Shown piece by piece: positions 35,600-49,905 of a DNA stretch of 64,000 nt. The stretch is from Anthoceros angustus (lineage: Eukaryota > Plantae > Anthocerotophyta). The stretch's first letter is position 1. Every line of letters begins with the position of its first letter. Both the position numbers and the translations under genes were made by a program. The stretch is taken from assembly GCA_010909165.1 (NCBI GenBank), contig MU008152.1, positions 434,001-498,000 on the forward strand, read 5' to 3'. The notes beneath the pieces were generated by a model. It ran no database searches and was not told the DNA's origin. It saw nothing but the letters and a program-made list of their open reading frames with translations.

Positions 35600-37701
35600 A
35601 AGAGATCCCAAGTGAGGGAGGAGAGTTTGGCTGCTACAGCCCGTCATGAGGAAGAAGCTAAGGAGAGAACTCCAGACAAGGCTGAGGCTGTGGCCAATGC
35701 TCTCGGAAGCTCTGAAGGGGAAGGAGAGGACACTGCTCTAGAGCAAGATGAAGTTGAGCATAAGGACAGCGAAAGAAAGGAAGAGGCCATGGATGAGTTG
35801 CTTTCCGAGAGTGACGACCTTGGTCTTTGCTTCTCTGGGGGAAATTTTCGAATCAAGCTTCCTATGCCACCAGGAGGGCTTGGACATCGATTTTCTTCAA
35901 GTTCAACTTCAGATAGCTCAGACTCATCACCTACTGAGGAGGAAGATCAATCTTCCGAGAGTGGAAGCGAGGAGTTGAGAGATGGGGAGTTGCAAGAGGG
36001 AATTGCTTCTCTTACTAAGCGCCTTGAGGCCATCGACAGAGAACTTGACCGCCCAACCTGTGCACCACCCGAGGAGGCGCTTTTTGGGCGCAAAGATGAG
36101 TGGGCGGCCAGAGGAGGTAGTGGTGGAAGTGGTCGGGAGCGTGGTGTTGTCTGTAGGTCTTTGGTACACTAAACTCTTGGCAAATCTACCCCAAGTTTGG
36201 GGAAAAGAAAAGAGGTGAAGATGCAGAGACTTTCGTGAGGACGTTTGAGAACGTTTCTCGTGCAAACATTGAGGAAACTTTGCAAGATCTCGTCCGGATT
36301 TTTCCTGGCTTGTTGAGGGGGCATGCTCAGCAGTGACTTGTACGGGAGGATTTTTCCCACCCCACCAACGGATTGGGATGCACTGAAGGCAGCTTTCCTC
36401 ACTCGTTTTCGTGGACTGAGCTATGCCAATCATACTCTCGCACGTTTGCGAACGTTGTGTAGGCGGAGGAAGGAGACCTTGCTGGATTACATGGAGCGAT
36501 TCTACAGCTACTTGGAAAGGATTCCATGGCGGGCGGCGACGATTCCCAGCGGAGATACTACGCCTGGGTATTCAAAGGCTTAAGCTTGTCAGTGGGTTGT
36601 CGCAGAAGATGGAGCTCCACCATAGAAGAGGAACCACAGATTTGGCTGGAGTTGTATGATTGGCTGAAGAGTGGGAGGCTGCAGAGCTGGGGAGACGACG
36701 TAAGGGACGAACGAGTCATAAGAAACAGAAGGGGTCTCGTTATTAATCTAATTTATCTTCGGAGAGGTCGTCATCTTCATCTGGTTCCAACATTTTAGAG
36801 AGTAAGTCTAGTTCGGACTGATCCGATGATGACGAATCAGATCATGCCTACGATCATAGGCTGAAGAAAGATTTGGAACGTGTTTGTAGGAAGCAGAAGG
36901 AGGGTGAGAGAGAATTGGGGAAAGATAAAGAAAAGACTAGGAGAATGGAGAGGGGCGAATCTTCCAATCTCAACGCAGGGCTTGCGGAGAAGATGGATGC
37001 TTTGCTGAAACGTTTTGAGGACATGGAGGTTAAGTTGGTGAAAGATCGACCACCTAGGAGATCCCCTTCTCCTGGTCATCAGCAGGTCTTCCGTACAATC
37101 TGTCATCAGGCAAGTCATACTCACCGCGAATGTACTCGAGCATCTTGTCATAGTGTTAACCAAGTGGAGACCTACGTCCTTGGGGACTATTGGTATGTAG
37201 ATGATCTGTATCAAGTGAAGCCGTCAAAGGACGATGTCCGCCTAAGTCCATGAGGCCTACCTACCAGCCTATGACACTTGTAAGGATGCGGTACGGACCT
37301 CGTACTACATCCCCGGTGCACTGGAGGCCGGATTCTTCACAGCGTCCGTTAAGTGTTCCTACGGGACATTACTACAATTGTGGGCACCCGATCACTATGC
37401 TAATGCTTGTCCAGAGCCATGGAGACAAATGAGATTTGTGCCGTTCTGTCAGACTTGCAAGGAGTTGGGGCACAAGTTTGGAAATCCAAGATGCACGGGG
37501 ACAGTGCGAACAGCAGTTGCACGTCCGGGAGTGAAGGTTGCAGAACCAATTTCAAAAGTGATTCCTCCCAAGACTGAAACTGCGATCACAATTACATCTT
37601 CATCGGTGTTGGCGGTGGAGGAGGAGGATGATGGAGCTTGGGATGAAGCCGGAGAGCAAATACAAATCAAAAAAAGAGTTTCTATGGTTCAAAACGAATG
37701 A
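35600..37701 (+). mobile_element. Degenerate Ty3/Gypsy-type gag with zinc knuckles, no pol
   Basis: WGKEK.EDAETF, DWDALKAAFLTRF, CHQASHTHREC, CGHPDHYANACP, CQTCKELGH. Several frameshifts. It is followed directly by purine-rich non-coding DNA. Confidence 0.75.
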
Positions 37702-38272
37702 GTGAAGGATTTTTCTATTTTCAAATATGAAGTCTATGGAAAATAATGAGTGAGATAAAAGTATTGAAAAAAATTTGGGGGTGTTTAAGGAGAAAATAAA
37801 GATAGGGAAAGGGGGTAATAAAAATAAGGAAAAAAGATTTAAAAAAATGCGAAAAACCTCATTGGAAAGAGCGTGACGAGACATGCAAACAAGTAATTTA
37901 ACGAGAACCAGATTATGTCCTAGAGATGGAGAAAAAAAGCTATGAGAGGGGGCAAAGGGGGAGGGCTAAAAAACACGAAATATCTCATTAAAAAGAGCAC
38001 AATAAGATAAGCAAAAGGGTAATTTACTGAGAGTCAGAAAACATCCTAGAGATGGAAAAAAAGGCCATCAGAGGGGGCAAAGGGGGAGGGCTAAATGAGG
38101 GCTAAAAATCGCGACGTGCCTTATTGGAAAGAGTACGACGAGTTAAACAGGGATTCCATAGGTCTAGGCTTTTCGTTTGCAAAGGAGGCACCCCATCTTT
38201 GTGCATTAGTCTTTCACTATGCTTTAAAAGCTTCACTTATGATAATGATAATAATGTTTTAAAAGCGAGCTA

Positions 38273-40011
38273 TTACATCCATGATTTACAAATCTCTACC
38301 ATCTGTTCAATAGTGGCCAGCTTGTTGTTCACTTCCTCCTTCCTGTCTATCAACCGCTTCATCTCTTTCTCCAATATGCGACTGTCTTCCTCCGATTTTC
38401 CAACAGGGAGCATCTGTGTTTTTCCAAATAAATAGAATAAATAATTTTTAAGGGGGCTTTCCTTTAGATTATCTAGTAGCATCTTCCTCAAATTTAGAAT
38501 ATTTGAATCCACCTTCTGCCTCTTTTGAGCAGGCTCTTTTTTCTCGCTCTCCCGCATTAAGTGCCTCTTTTGAGCAGGCTCTTTTTTCTCATAAGTCCTC
38601 GTCAAGTGCCTTTTTTGGGCAGGCTCTTCTTTCTCGCTATTACCCATCAAGGTAATGTTCGCCGCCATTTCCATGGAATTCTCCTCTTCCTGGACATCCA
38701 TGGAATTCTCCTCTTTTAGGGAATCCATGGAATTCTCCCCTTCCGCAACGTCCATGGAATTCTCCTCTTCCGCGGCGTCCATGGGATTCTCCCCTTCCGT
38801 AGTGCCCATGGCATTCTCCTTTTCCGTGGCGTCCGTGGAATTCTCCCCTTCCATGGCATGCGTGGCATTCTCCCCTTCCACAACCTCAGTGGAATTCTCC
38901 CTTCCATGGCATCTGAGAATTCTCCTTCCGCGGTCTCCGTGGAATTCTCCCCTTCCGCGACATCCCTGGAATTCTCCCCTTCCGCAGCATCCCTGGAATT
39001 CTCCCCTTCTGTAGCATCCTTGGAATTCTCTTCTTCCGTGGCATCCCTAGAATTCTCCCCTTCCGTGGCATTCCTAGGATTCTCCCCTTCCATGGCATCT
39101 GTAGAATTCTCCTCTTCCGAAGCCTTCACAAAATTCTTTCTGTTCGGAAGAGGAGTCTTTTCTCTTGGAAGACGTAGGCCTGCAACTTCTTTGTGCTTAA
39201 TCGAATTGGAGGAAGATTTCCCCACCTTCACCTCCTTCTTCTCCTCTACGTCTCCCTCATGAAAATCTACAAAGTGGTCAACCCCTTGCAGATATAACAT
39301 AGAATCTTCTTCCTCCTTTGGGCTTAACACCCCATGGGCCTTATACAAATGAATGAGGAGAGGGGTCATGAAAGAAGAGACTTCACCCTTGTCCAAGAAC
39401 TTGAGCCTCTCTTTTGCTAGGGAGAGCAAGCTCGTACCCCAATCAATCTCTTTCTTCTGGAAGACCTGCTGGAGAAACCAAATGTGGCTATTACTGATGT
39501 AAGACTTCTTTCTACATCCTGCAATAGCCAAGAGAATGCGTGCAAATACTTGGTGATCCTTGTTGATAAGGAAGCTAACCCTCCATCCATTTCTAGGGTG
39601 ACGAGCTCCATCTTTGAACCAATTGTTTGTCAAAATCACTGCCTCTGAATCTGGAAACCTCGTAAGAACGACTCCACCCTCGGAAGGGTCTCTTCCCAAT
39701 GCCTTTCGAAATTGCTCTGCAGTCCATCCTAATGGATTTTTTCGAACGCATGCGCCTCCTTGGTTAGCCTTCCAGTTTTTCCAACATTCTCGGATGAGCG
39801 GAGCATGTCGTTATCGCCATTCCCATGTCAAGAAAGTGAGACCAAGCTCCTCTGCTTTAGGCTTGAATTTTTTCATGTCTTCAATCCTTAGAGGCAGTTC
39901 AGCGGCATGAATTGAAATTGGCTTTTGCCCTTTGGCCTTCCCCTTTGTCATTGTACACAATTCTTTCCTCAAGCTCACATGTTGAGTTGTTAGCCAAGAA
40001 GTTGCTATCAC
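38273..40011 (-). CDS. Antisense accessory ORF of the Gypsy-like element (about 570 aa, 2 frameshifts): N-terminal plant-transposon domain, acidic 9-aa repeats, KKEPAQKR repeats, C-terminal coiled coil
   Basis: Joins ORFs 40011-39811, 39699-38900 and 38881-38273. Motifs FLTWEW, EIDWGTSLL, MTPLLIHLY, (A/M)EGENS(T/M/R)DA repeats. Confidence 0.7.
38670..39120 (-). repeat. 27-bp coding minisatellite (GGAATTCTCCCCTTCCG core on plus), about 16 units
   Basis: The period is visible directly, and each unit encodes EGENSxDAx. Confidence 0.92.
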
Positions 40012-40939
40012 CCAAGCTTGTCAACTACGACTTGCTTGATATCCGCTTTATGTTATTCGTCGCTTTTTACCCTGTTTTACTTCTACTAGGCTCCTTTCTA
40101 AGGTCGAAGCCCTTAGAGAGACAATTATGTACCGACAGCCGCCACGATGTGCAGACGACTCACAACCATCTCGAGCAATAGTTGCAATAAACTTTTTCTT
40201 GCTAAAGCTCACATCAAGACTACTAGTAGGCGCTCCGTAAACTCGTATGTCAGTACATGATAGTGAAGAATTAGGTTGTGGTGCCTTTATACTATCAGAG
40301 TGCAAACCCTAAATAAGAAGCCATCTAAATTAACCTCTAGTTGGTACGATCTAATCTTAGTCTGTTACAATTTGTCAAACTTATGTGGATTAGAAGCAAG
40401 TTTCTCTTACCTACTATTATTAAATTATTCCTTACTTATTAGCCTTCTTGATTGTATATTTGTGAAACTTGTATTGTCTTTCCTTTTACAATGCTTGTTA
40501 CTTCCTTTCATACAAGAAGTTTACAAACACTTTCCGTAATGAGAGATCTCATCTATGTTGCTCTTGTTTAATCGCAAGTATCTAATCGTACTATCAAAGA
40601 GACCATCCTTATTGAGGGATATATTGTAGCATCATAGAGTTCAACACTCTTAAACATATATAGACTTCAACTTGCTCTTGTCTTGGAAAAGACAATCCAA
40701 AAGGCAATTCTTTCGGAGAAGTAAATTGTAAGGTCATAGTTCAACATTCTTAAAACATACAAAGACTTCAATTTGCTCTTGTTTTGAAAAAGAGGATCGA
40801 CAATTGCTTCATAGAGATATATTGTAGCATCATAGTTCAACATGCTTAAATATATGCAAACTTCATCTTGCTCTTGAATTGTAGAACTATACTTTCCTCT
40901 GGGCCAAGCATTTCTTAGATAAACTTCACAAGCTGCCTT

Positions 40940-43900
40940 TCAAATTGTGAAACTTTCTACGAGTTTCAAATTTTTTCGTTGAATTGTAAGACTTCTTTGT
41001 GCTTAATCGAATTGGAGGAAGATTTCCCACCTTCACCTCCTTCTTCTCCCCACGCCCCTCATGAAAATCTACAAAGTGGTCAACCTCGCATATATATATA
41101 GAATCTTCTTCCTCCTTTGGGCTTAACACCCCATGGGCCTTATACAAATGAATGAGGAGAGGGGTCATGAAAGAAGAGACTTCACCCTTGTCCAAGAACT
41201 TAGAGAATTTTATGAATATAAATAAAACTAAATACAAGTATTTTTTTTAATACTGAACCACACTCAATTAGTCATAAAAGATTAAAAGAGCACAATAAGA
41301 TAAGCAAAGGGTAATTTATCGAGAGTCGAAACATCCTAGAGATGGAAAAAAAGGCCACTGAGGGGGCAAAGGGGAGGGCTAAATGAGGGCTAAAAATCGC
41401 GACGTGCCTTATTGGAAAGAGTACTACGAGTTAAACAGTGATTCCATAGGTCTAGGCTTTTCGCTTGCAAAGGAGGCACCCCATCTTTGTGCATTAGTCT
41501 TTCACTATGCTTTAAAAGCTTCACTTATGATAATGATAATAATGTTTTAAAAGCTATTACATCCATGATTTACAAATCTCTACCATCCGCTCAATAGTGG
41601 CCGCCTTGTTGTTCACTTCCTCCTTCCGCCTATCAACCGCTTCATCTCTTTCTCCAATATGCTAACGTCTTCCTCCGATTTTCCAACAGGGAGCATCCGT
41701 GTTTTCCAAATAAATAGAATAAATAATTTTTAAGGGGCTTCCTTTAGATTATCTAGTAGCATCTTCCTCAAATTTAGAATATTTGAATCCACCTTCTCGC
41801 CTCTTTTGAGCAGTGCTCTTTTTCTCGCCTCCCGCATTAAGTGCCTCTTTTGAGCAGCTCTTTTCTCATAAGTCCTCGCTCATGCCTTTAAGTGTGCTCT
41901 TCTTTCTCGCTATTACCCATCAAGGTAATGTTCACGCCATTTCCATGGAATTCTCCTCTTCCGACATCCATGGAATTCTCCTCTTTTAGGGAATCCATGG
42001 AATTCTCCCCTTCCGCAACGTCCATGGAATTCTCCTCTTCCGCGGCGTCCATGGGATTCTCCCCTTCCGTAGTGCCCATGGCATTCTCCTTTTCCGTGGC
42101 GTCCGTGGAATTCTCCCCTTCCATGGCATGCGTGGCATTCTCCCCTTCCACAACCTCAGTGGAATTCTCCCCTTCCGCGGTCTCCGTGGAATTCTCCCCT
42201 TCCGCGGTCTCCGTGGAATTCTCCCCTTCCGCGACATCCTCGAATTCTCCCTTCCGCAAAGATCCTCGGAATTCTCCCTTCAGTAGCATCCTTGGAATTC
42301 TTCCGTGGCATCCCAGAATTCTCCTCCGTGGCATTCCTAGGATTCTCCCTTCCATGGCTCAGAGAATTCTCCTTCCTGCCTTCACAAAATTCTTTCCGCT
42401 CGAAGAGGAGTCTTTTCTCTGGAAGACGTGAGGCCCCGCAACTTCTTTGTGCTTAATCGAATTGGAGGAAGATTTCCCACCTTCACCTCCTTCTTCTCCC
42501 CACGCCTCCTCATGAAAATCTACAAAGTGGTCAACCCCTCGCAGTATATAATATAGAATCTTCTTCCTCCTTTGGGCTTAACACCCCATGGGCCTTATAC
42601 AAATGAATGAGGAGAGGGGTCATGAAAGAAGAGACTTCACCCTTGTCCAAGAACTTGAGCCTCTCTTGCTAGGAGAGCAAGCTCGCACTTCAATCAATCT
42701 CTTTCTTTCCGAAGACTCGCTGGAGAAATTCAAATGTGGCTATTACTGATGTAAGACTTCTTTCTACATCCCGCAATAGCCAAGAGAATGCGCAAATACT
42801 TGGTGATCCTTGTTGATAAGGAAGCTAACCTCCATCCATTTGATATATCCCACTTAACATGTAATTGCGTGAACCAACCTAACATGTACCTCATTTCCTC
42901 GTCCCAAGGATGTTAGCTTCGGACATTCTTGGAGTAGAACCGCAATACGATGTAAAAGAGCACAATAAGATAAGCAAAGGGTAATTTATCGAGAGTCGAA
43001 ACATCCTAGAGATGGAAAAAAAGGCCACTGAGGGGGCAAAGGGGAGGGCTAAATGAGGGCTAAAAATCGCGACGTGCCTTATTGGAAAGAGTACTACGAG
43101 TTAAACAGTGATTCCATAGGTCTAGGCTTTTCGCTTGCAAAGGAGGCACCCCATCTTTGTGCATTAGTCTTTCACTATGCTTTAAAAGCTTCACTTATGA
43201 TAATGATAATAATGTTTTAAAAGCTATTACATCCATGATTTACAAATCTCTACCATCCGCTCAATAGTGGCCGCCTTGTTGTTCACTTCCTCCTTCCGCC
43301 TATCAACCGCTTCATCTCTTTCTCCAATATGCTAACGTCTTCCTCCGATTTTCCAACAGGGAGCATCCGTGTTTTCCAAATAAATAGAATAAATAATTTT
43401 TAAGGGGCTTCCTTTAGATTATCTAGTAGCATCTTCCTCAAATTTAGAATATTTGAATCCACCTTCTCGCCTCTTTTGAGCAGTGCTCTTTTTCTCGCCT
43501 CCCGCATTAAGTGCCTCTTTTGAGCAGCTCTTTTCTCATAAGTCCTCGCTCATGCCTTTAAGTGTGCTCTTCTTTCTCGCTATTACCCATCAAGGTAATG
43601 TTCACGCCATTTCCATGGAATTCTCCTCTTCCGACATCCATGGAATTCTCCTCTTTAGGGAATCCATGGAATTCTCCTTCCGCAACGCTCCATGGAATTC
43701 TCCCTTCCGCAACGCTCCATGGAATTCTCCTTCCGTAGTGCCCATGGCATTCTCCTTCCGTGGCGTCTGTGGAATTCTCCCTTCCATGGCATGCGTGGCA
43801 TTCTCTCTTCCACAACCTCGAATTCTCCCTTCCGTGGCGTCTGTGGAATTCTCCTTCCGCGGTCTCCGTGGAATTCTCCCTTCCGCGACATCCTCGAATT

Positions 43901-46300
43901 CTCCCTTCCGCAAAGATCCTCGGAATTCTCCCTTCAGTAGCATCCTTGGAATTCTTCCGTGGCATCCCAGAATTCTCCTCCGTGGCATTCCTAGGATTCT
44001 CCCTTCCATGGCTCAGAGAATTCTCCTTCCTGCCTTCACAAAATTCTTTCCGCTCGAAGAGGAGTCTTTTCTCTGGAAGACGTGAGGCCCCGCAACTTCT
44101 TTGTGCTTAATCGAATTGGAGGAAGATTTCCCACCTTCACCTCCTTCTTCTCCCCACGCCTCCTCATGAAAATCTACAAAGTGGTCAACCCCTCGCAGTA
44201 TATAATATAGAATCTTCTTCCTCCTTTGGGCTTAACACCCCATGGGCCTTATACAAATGAATGAGGAGAGGGGTCATGAAAGAAGAGACTTCACCCTTGT
44301 CCAAGAACTTGAGCCTCTCTTTTGCTAGGAGAGCAAGCTCGCACTTCAATCAATCTCTTTCTTTCCGAAGACTCGCTGGAGAAATTCAAATGTGGCTATT
44401 ACTGATGTAAGACTTCTTTCTACATCCTGCAATAGCCAAGAGAATGCGTGCAAATACTTGGTGATCCTTGTTGATAAGGAAGCTAACCCTCCATCCATTT
44501 CTAGGGTGACGAGCTCCATCTTTGAACCAATTGTTTGTCAAAATCACCGCCTCAACTGGAAACCTCGTAAGAACGACTCCACCTCTAAGGGTCTCTTCCC
44601 AATGCCTTTCAAATTGCTCGCATCCATCCTAATGGATTTTTTCGAACGCATGCGCCCTTGGTTAGCCTTCCGCTTTTCCAACATTCTCGATGAGCGGAGC
44701 ATGTCGTTATCGCCATTCCCATGTCAAGAAAGTGAGACCAAGCTCCTCTGCTTTAGGCTTGAATTTTTTCATGTCTTCAATCCTTAGAGGCAGTTCAGCG
44801 GCATGAATTGAAATTGGCTTTTGCCCTTTGGCCTTCCCCTTTGTCATTGTACACAATTCTTTCCTCGAAGCACCTGTTGTTGAGTTGTTAGCCAGTAAGT
44901 TGCTATCACCCAAGCTTGTCAACTACGACTTGCTTGATATCCGCTTTATGTTATTCGTCGCTTTTTACCCTGTTTTACTTCTACTAGGCTCCTTTCTAAG
45001 GTCGAAGCCCTTAGAGAGACAATTATGTACCGACAGCCGCCACGATGTGCAGACGACTCACAACCATCTCGAGCAATAGTTGCAATAAACTTTTTCTTGC
45101 TAAAGCTCACATCAAGACTACTAGTAGGCGCTCCGTAAACTCGTATGTCAGTACATGATAGTGAAGAATTAGGTTGTGGTGCCTTTATACTATCAGAGTG
45201 CAAACCCTAAATAAGAAGCCATCTAAATTAACCTCTAGTTGGTACGATCTAATCTTAGTCTGTTACAATTTGTCAAACTTATGTGGATTAGAAGCAAGTT
45301 TCTCTTACCTACTATTATTAAATTATTCCTTACTTATTAGCCTTCTTGATTGTATATTTGTGAAACTTGTATTGTCTTTCCTTTTACAATGCTTGTTACT
45401 TCCTTTCATACAAGAAGTTTACAAACACTTTCCGTAATGAGAGATCTCATCTATGTTGCTCTTGCTTGTTTAACTGCAAGTATCTAATCAGACTATCAAA
45501 GAGACCATCCTTATTGAGGGATATATTGTAGCATCATAGAGTTCAACACTCTTAAACATATATAGACTTCAACTTGCTCTTGTCTTGGAAAAGACAATCC
45601 AAAAGGCAATTCTTTCGGAGAAGTAAATTGTAAGGTCATAGTTCAACATTCTTAAAACATACAAAGACTTCAATTTGCTCTTGTTTTGAAAAAGAGGATC
45701 GACAATTGCTTCATAGAGATATATTGTAGCATCATAGTTCAACATGCTTAAATATATGCAAACTTCATCTTGCTCTTGAATTGTAGAACTATACTTTCCT
45801 TCAGTTTCAAGCATTTCTTAGATAAACTTCACAAGCGTTTTCAAATTGTGAAACTTTCTACGAGTTTCGAAATTTTTTTTCGTTGAATTGTAAGACTTCC
45901 TTTGTGTTTGAGTTATTCGTCCTTGAATTGTAAGACTTCTCATGTGTTTCAGAAGTTATTTTTCCTTGAATTGTAGGACTTCCCATGTGTTTCATAATTT
46001 TCCTGTTTCTTTGTCAAGAATTTTATATAATAATATGATATTTTAATTAATATATAAAATTATTCACAAGAACTTAGAGAATTTTATGAATATAAATAAA
46101 AACTAAATACAAGTATTTTTTTAATACTGAACCACACTCAATTAGTCATAAAAGATTACAAGAGTGGGGTCACTCGCTAAATACAAGTCTATGGTTCATG
46201 GACTCTTGGAAGTTCGAAGTTCTTCTTCGACATACCTTTCTAAATTAGAGCTAAATAGTTTCAAGTGAATACATATGTTGGTTTATTAATGTGCATCCAT
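40940..46300. repeat. Two to three error-rich extra copies of 38.0-40.9 kb interleaved with pieces of 46.0-46.4 kb
   Basis: 41270-42840 and 42955-45900 repeat 38000-40940 with homopolymer indels. Inserts at about 41195-41285 and 42835-42960 duplicate 46068-46165 and 46295-46422. Confidence 0.85.
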
Positions 46301-46374
46301 TTGGATATATCCCACTTAACATGTAATTGCGTGAACCAACCTAACATGTACCTCATTTCCTCGTCCCAAGGATG

Positions 46375-49300
46375 TTAGCTTCGGACATTCTTGGAGTAGA
46401 ACCGCAATACGATGTAAAAGAGCGCTCTATAGACGACCCCCCAAAAAAGAAGAACCACAATATCTGTAAGTGTGCTGCCTTTAATGGAAAGAGCCTTCAA
46501 GATGTCTTGCCCATTGATATTGCAGTTCTTGACGACATCGATGGCGGAAGGCACAAGTGCCACCAGGGGACCAGGCACTGGGAAGAACGGCAAACTTGCG
46601 TTGTGGTAACAATCTATTTTTCGAAACTGGTTGTGGACCAGAGCTTCGTAGGGGTACTTGATTGTAGACAACCAGTGAAGCCAGATCCATATTTTCGGAA
46701 TGTGTTGACTATCCAGGAAGAACCCACAGGTGAGGAAGAACAGAGCCGTGAGAGCAATTACAGCTGCATATCCCATAATGTAGTTCGGCACCACAGCGCT
46801 CACAAACATGACGAAAGAGTTTGTTGTGATAAGAGATGAGTATAGGATGACCCAGAAGACCATGAAGCCCTGGAAGCCTCCTTGGTACTTCAGGACGATG
46901 AACCATGTGATGAGCACAAAGGTCATAGCCTGTATGGCCAGGAAAGGAAGGTAAATTAGGAAGTTCGCAATCACATATCTGCAGGAAACACACAGTTGTA
47001 AGATTAGTTCCAAATGCTGAGTTGGAATGGCAAATGACTCTGACTAGGTAAGTACTCGGAAATGTAGTAGGAGCGTGAGCTCAGCAGGTATGGCTTACGT
47101 TGAAGACCGGTAGGCATTGTGGGACGTTTCTCGGATGAAGATGAATCTTTCTTGAATGAACGTTGGAACTGCATCGTTGGAGGAGAAGAAGAGAAGGCAT
47201 ACAGCGAATATGTAGAAGGACAGGATATTCGTAGCTCCAGAGACAGTATGAGGCGGTCCCTTGAACAATGTGGCAAGCATGAATGCCATGGTGGTGATCA
47301 CCATTTGCCTGGACAGAAATAGCTCGGGAGTCCGCTTGATATTGAGAAAATTCCTCCACATAAGCACCTTCACCTGGAAGCATGCACACCCGTTGTCACA
47401 TGGTTTCTCAAAATTTTGTCTGTATTCAGCAGTGCGACCAGGTGAGCCAAGGCATCTGGAGCCTCACCTCTCTCATCCATGGATTAGCAAACTTTCTGTG
47501 TTCGACCAACTCGTCCGACAGTGTGTCGAAGTCGTCAGATTCAAGCGTCCCTTCAGACTCCGACATGGTGCGTCCGGGAGTAAAGGACTTCAGGTGATGT
47601 AACTTGTTTGCCCCTGCTCCAGGGGTTTGATTTGGAGTGGCAATCTTGCCAGTAGTAGTAGCAGGAGCTAGTGCCCTGCGGTTTTCGAAACTCATCTCCA
47701 GTCAGCGAAATTCTGAGCAATCATCTAGAGCTAGCCTGGGTCTGAGCATCCAAAGATCTTGAACATGATCCAAGAACTGGAAGGTTGCACAAACTCACCT
47801 CAAAGGAGTTCTGCGTACTGCATAGTTCGGTGTCTTTGTGGCTCCACCTGTTTGAAACAGTCCTCCCCGACTAGGTGTCCTTCCAGCTCCAGCTTTGTCC
47901 TTGTCAAACCAGTCTCCCAGATCCTTGTAGAACAGAACAGCCAGCTTAGGCACCTTGTCCCTGGCGTCCAAGGAGTGGTCATAGCTGTCGTAGGGATCGA
48001 AGTAGTCGTTCACTTGTTCTTGCCCTGTCCTGGGAGTGGCTGCTGGCGTGCGAGCCGGCGTGCTCTCCCGAGACGCCTTGTTGCTGTAGTTGGGGTAGCC
48101 TTTGGCCTCCGCAATGACATGCCCATGTCGGGGGACGGTCTTGATGCTGGTGAGCTCTCCAGACCGGGAGATAACCTGGCCAGGAGTCCGTGGCTGAGGT
48201 GTGCGGTCCGGCATGGGCTTTTTGCCATCCAGATTGAACTGCACCAGCGGGTCCAGCCCAACATCGGATCTGTCGTACTCCACTATAATGTCCAGAAGGT
48301 ACTCGATGCTGTTCTCGGATGGAGGAACCTCTCGCCCGAATGCCAGCAGGTGAGCGTCCACTCTGGAAGGCGAACCTTGGTAGATCAGCCGTCCTCTGCA
48401 TCCAAGAGCCCAACATATTACAGATCCCACACATGTAGGACGAAGTAAAATTCGAAGTCCATGATTGTGAAAGACTGTGACGAGAGCCCAGTAACACTGA
48501 GGGATCGTTCATCGGCATGACCTGAATGGAGTAGCTTGTACCTGGCAAGAATGATAATCTTGCTGAGAAGCTGCTGAATCCGGAAGGAAGGCTGGTGGAT
48601 GGTGAGGAGAACCGTGCTGCCAGCTTGAGCTATGGCCTTCAGCTTCTCCACCACGCTGAAGGCACTGGTGGAGTCCAGCCCGGACGTGGGTTCGTCCAGG
48701 AATAGCAGCTGAGGGCCGTGGATGATGTCCACCCCGATGGACACCCTTCTCCTTTCCCCTCCCGAAACCCCTCTCCGGCCCTCGTCCCCGATGTAAGTGT
48801 TGGTGGCTGCCTGCATGACATGCATCGAGGCAAACCTCCTCCCTTCAGCAGATGCTCCACGCCCATTACACGCTCTTGCATCCTCTTGATGTGATAACAA
48901 GAAGGCTTCGGATGTTGGGCAGACAGTAAACCTACCGTTAAGCCCAACTGGTCGATGAGGTGAACTACTTTGGCCCTCTTGTCCTCAGTCGACATCTGGT
49001 GAGGCAGTCTGACTTCCGCAGCAAACATGAGGGTTTCAAAGACGGTGAGCATGGGGAACAGCTGATCATCCTGCATCACGTACGCAGACAGTATCTTCAT
49101 CTCGCTGGCAGTCACAGGCTGGCCATCGACCATGACACTTCCTTCCAAAGCTCCGGATGAGATCCTTCCTGCCAGAGCATCCAGGAAGGTGGACTTTCCA
49201 GCACCACTCGGCCCCATGATCGCTGTCACCTGCCGGGAACAGAATTTCACACACAAGTATTCAGCTGGATTGATTCTTTCAAGAGCTCTGTCGACATGCG

Positions 49301-49905
49301 ATCCGATTTCCAAGCACCAACTCCATGTGTTGAGGTATTACTGCCTACCTCTCCTTGAGCAGCATTTCCAGTGATGCCATGCAGCAGGTTCACTTCCTTC
49401 TTCACAGTGGACTTGTTCTCCATTTTCACCTTCAGGATCACAGGTCTCGCATCTCAATTCCTTGCTGCTGCTGCCATTCCAGCCACTGCTACATACACCC
49501 TAGCTAGTATAATTCATCTCAACGCACGATGAAGATACCTTCTTGATGACAGTGTAGGTGAGATCCTGGAACTCGAGCCCGCCCCCGGGCAAGACGGTGA
49601 ACATCCCTGAGCTCCCGACCCGAGACTTCCTCATGGCTCGCTGTGTTGTGGAGGTGTAGTCACCTGCAGGCAGCAACACGAGTGGGCTCAGTCCTCAAAC
49701 GACTCCTCAAGTCTTGCCGGCAAGTCTGCAACGTTCTGTTGAAGTGCCCACCAACACTGGACTGGGTATGGGGACCGGAATTCGGCAGTTTTGGGTCATT
49801 TGCTGGAAGGTTGCTGTCATCAATGAGGAGGCTCTCGAGAGTTTTGATCGCCGATTCGTCCGGGGACTCATGATGTGCTGCAGCAGCAGACCTCCCTGGC
49901 GCCAT
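46375..49905 (-). CDS. STR: Half-size ABCG transporter of the STR/STR2 clade, most like STR (about 9 exons)
   Basis: [97 protein letters not shown], long TP-rich linker, [48 protein letters not shown]. First ATG taken as 49905 (MAPGR); the exon 1/2 boundary is ambiguous. Confidence 0.88.

Noticed and set aside
38273-40011. env-like gene
   Set aside because: It is antisense to gag and has no signal peptide or transmembrane segment.
46375-49905. Calling the transporter STR2
   Set aside because: Some transmembrane-region words resemble STR2, but the NBD, linker and KFANPW motifs match STR better. A phylogeny is needed to settle it.
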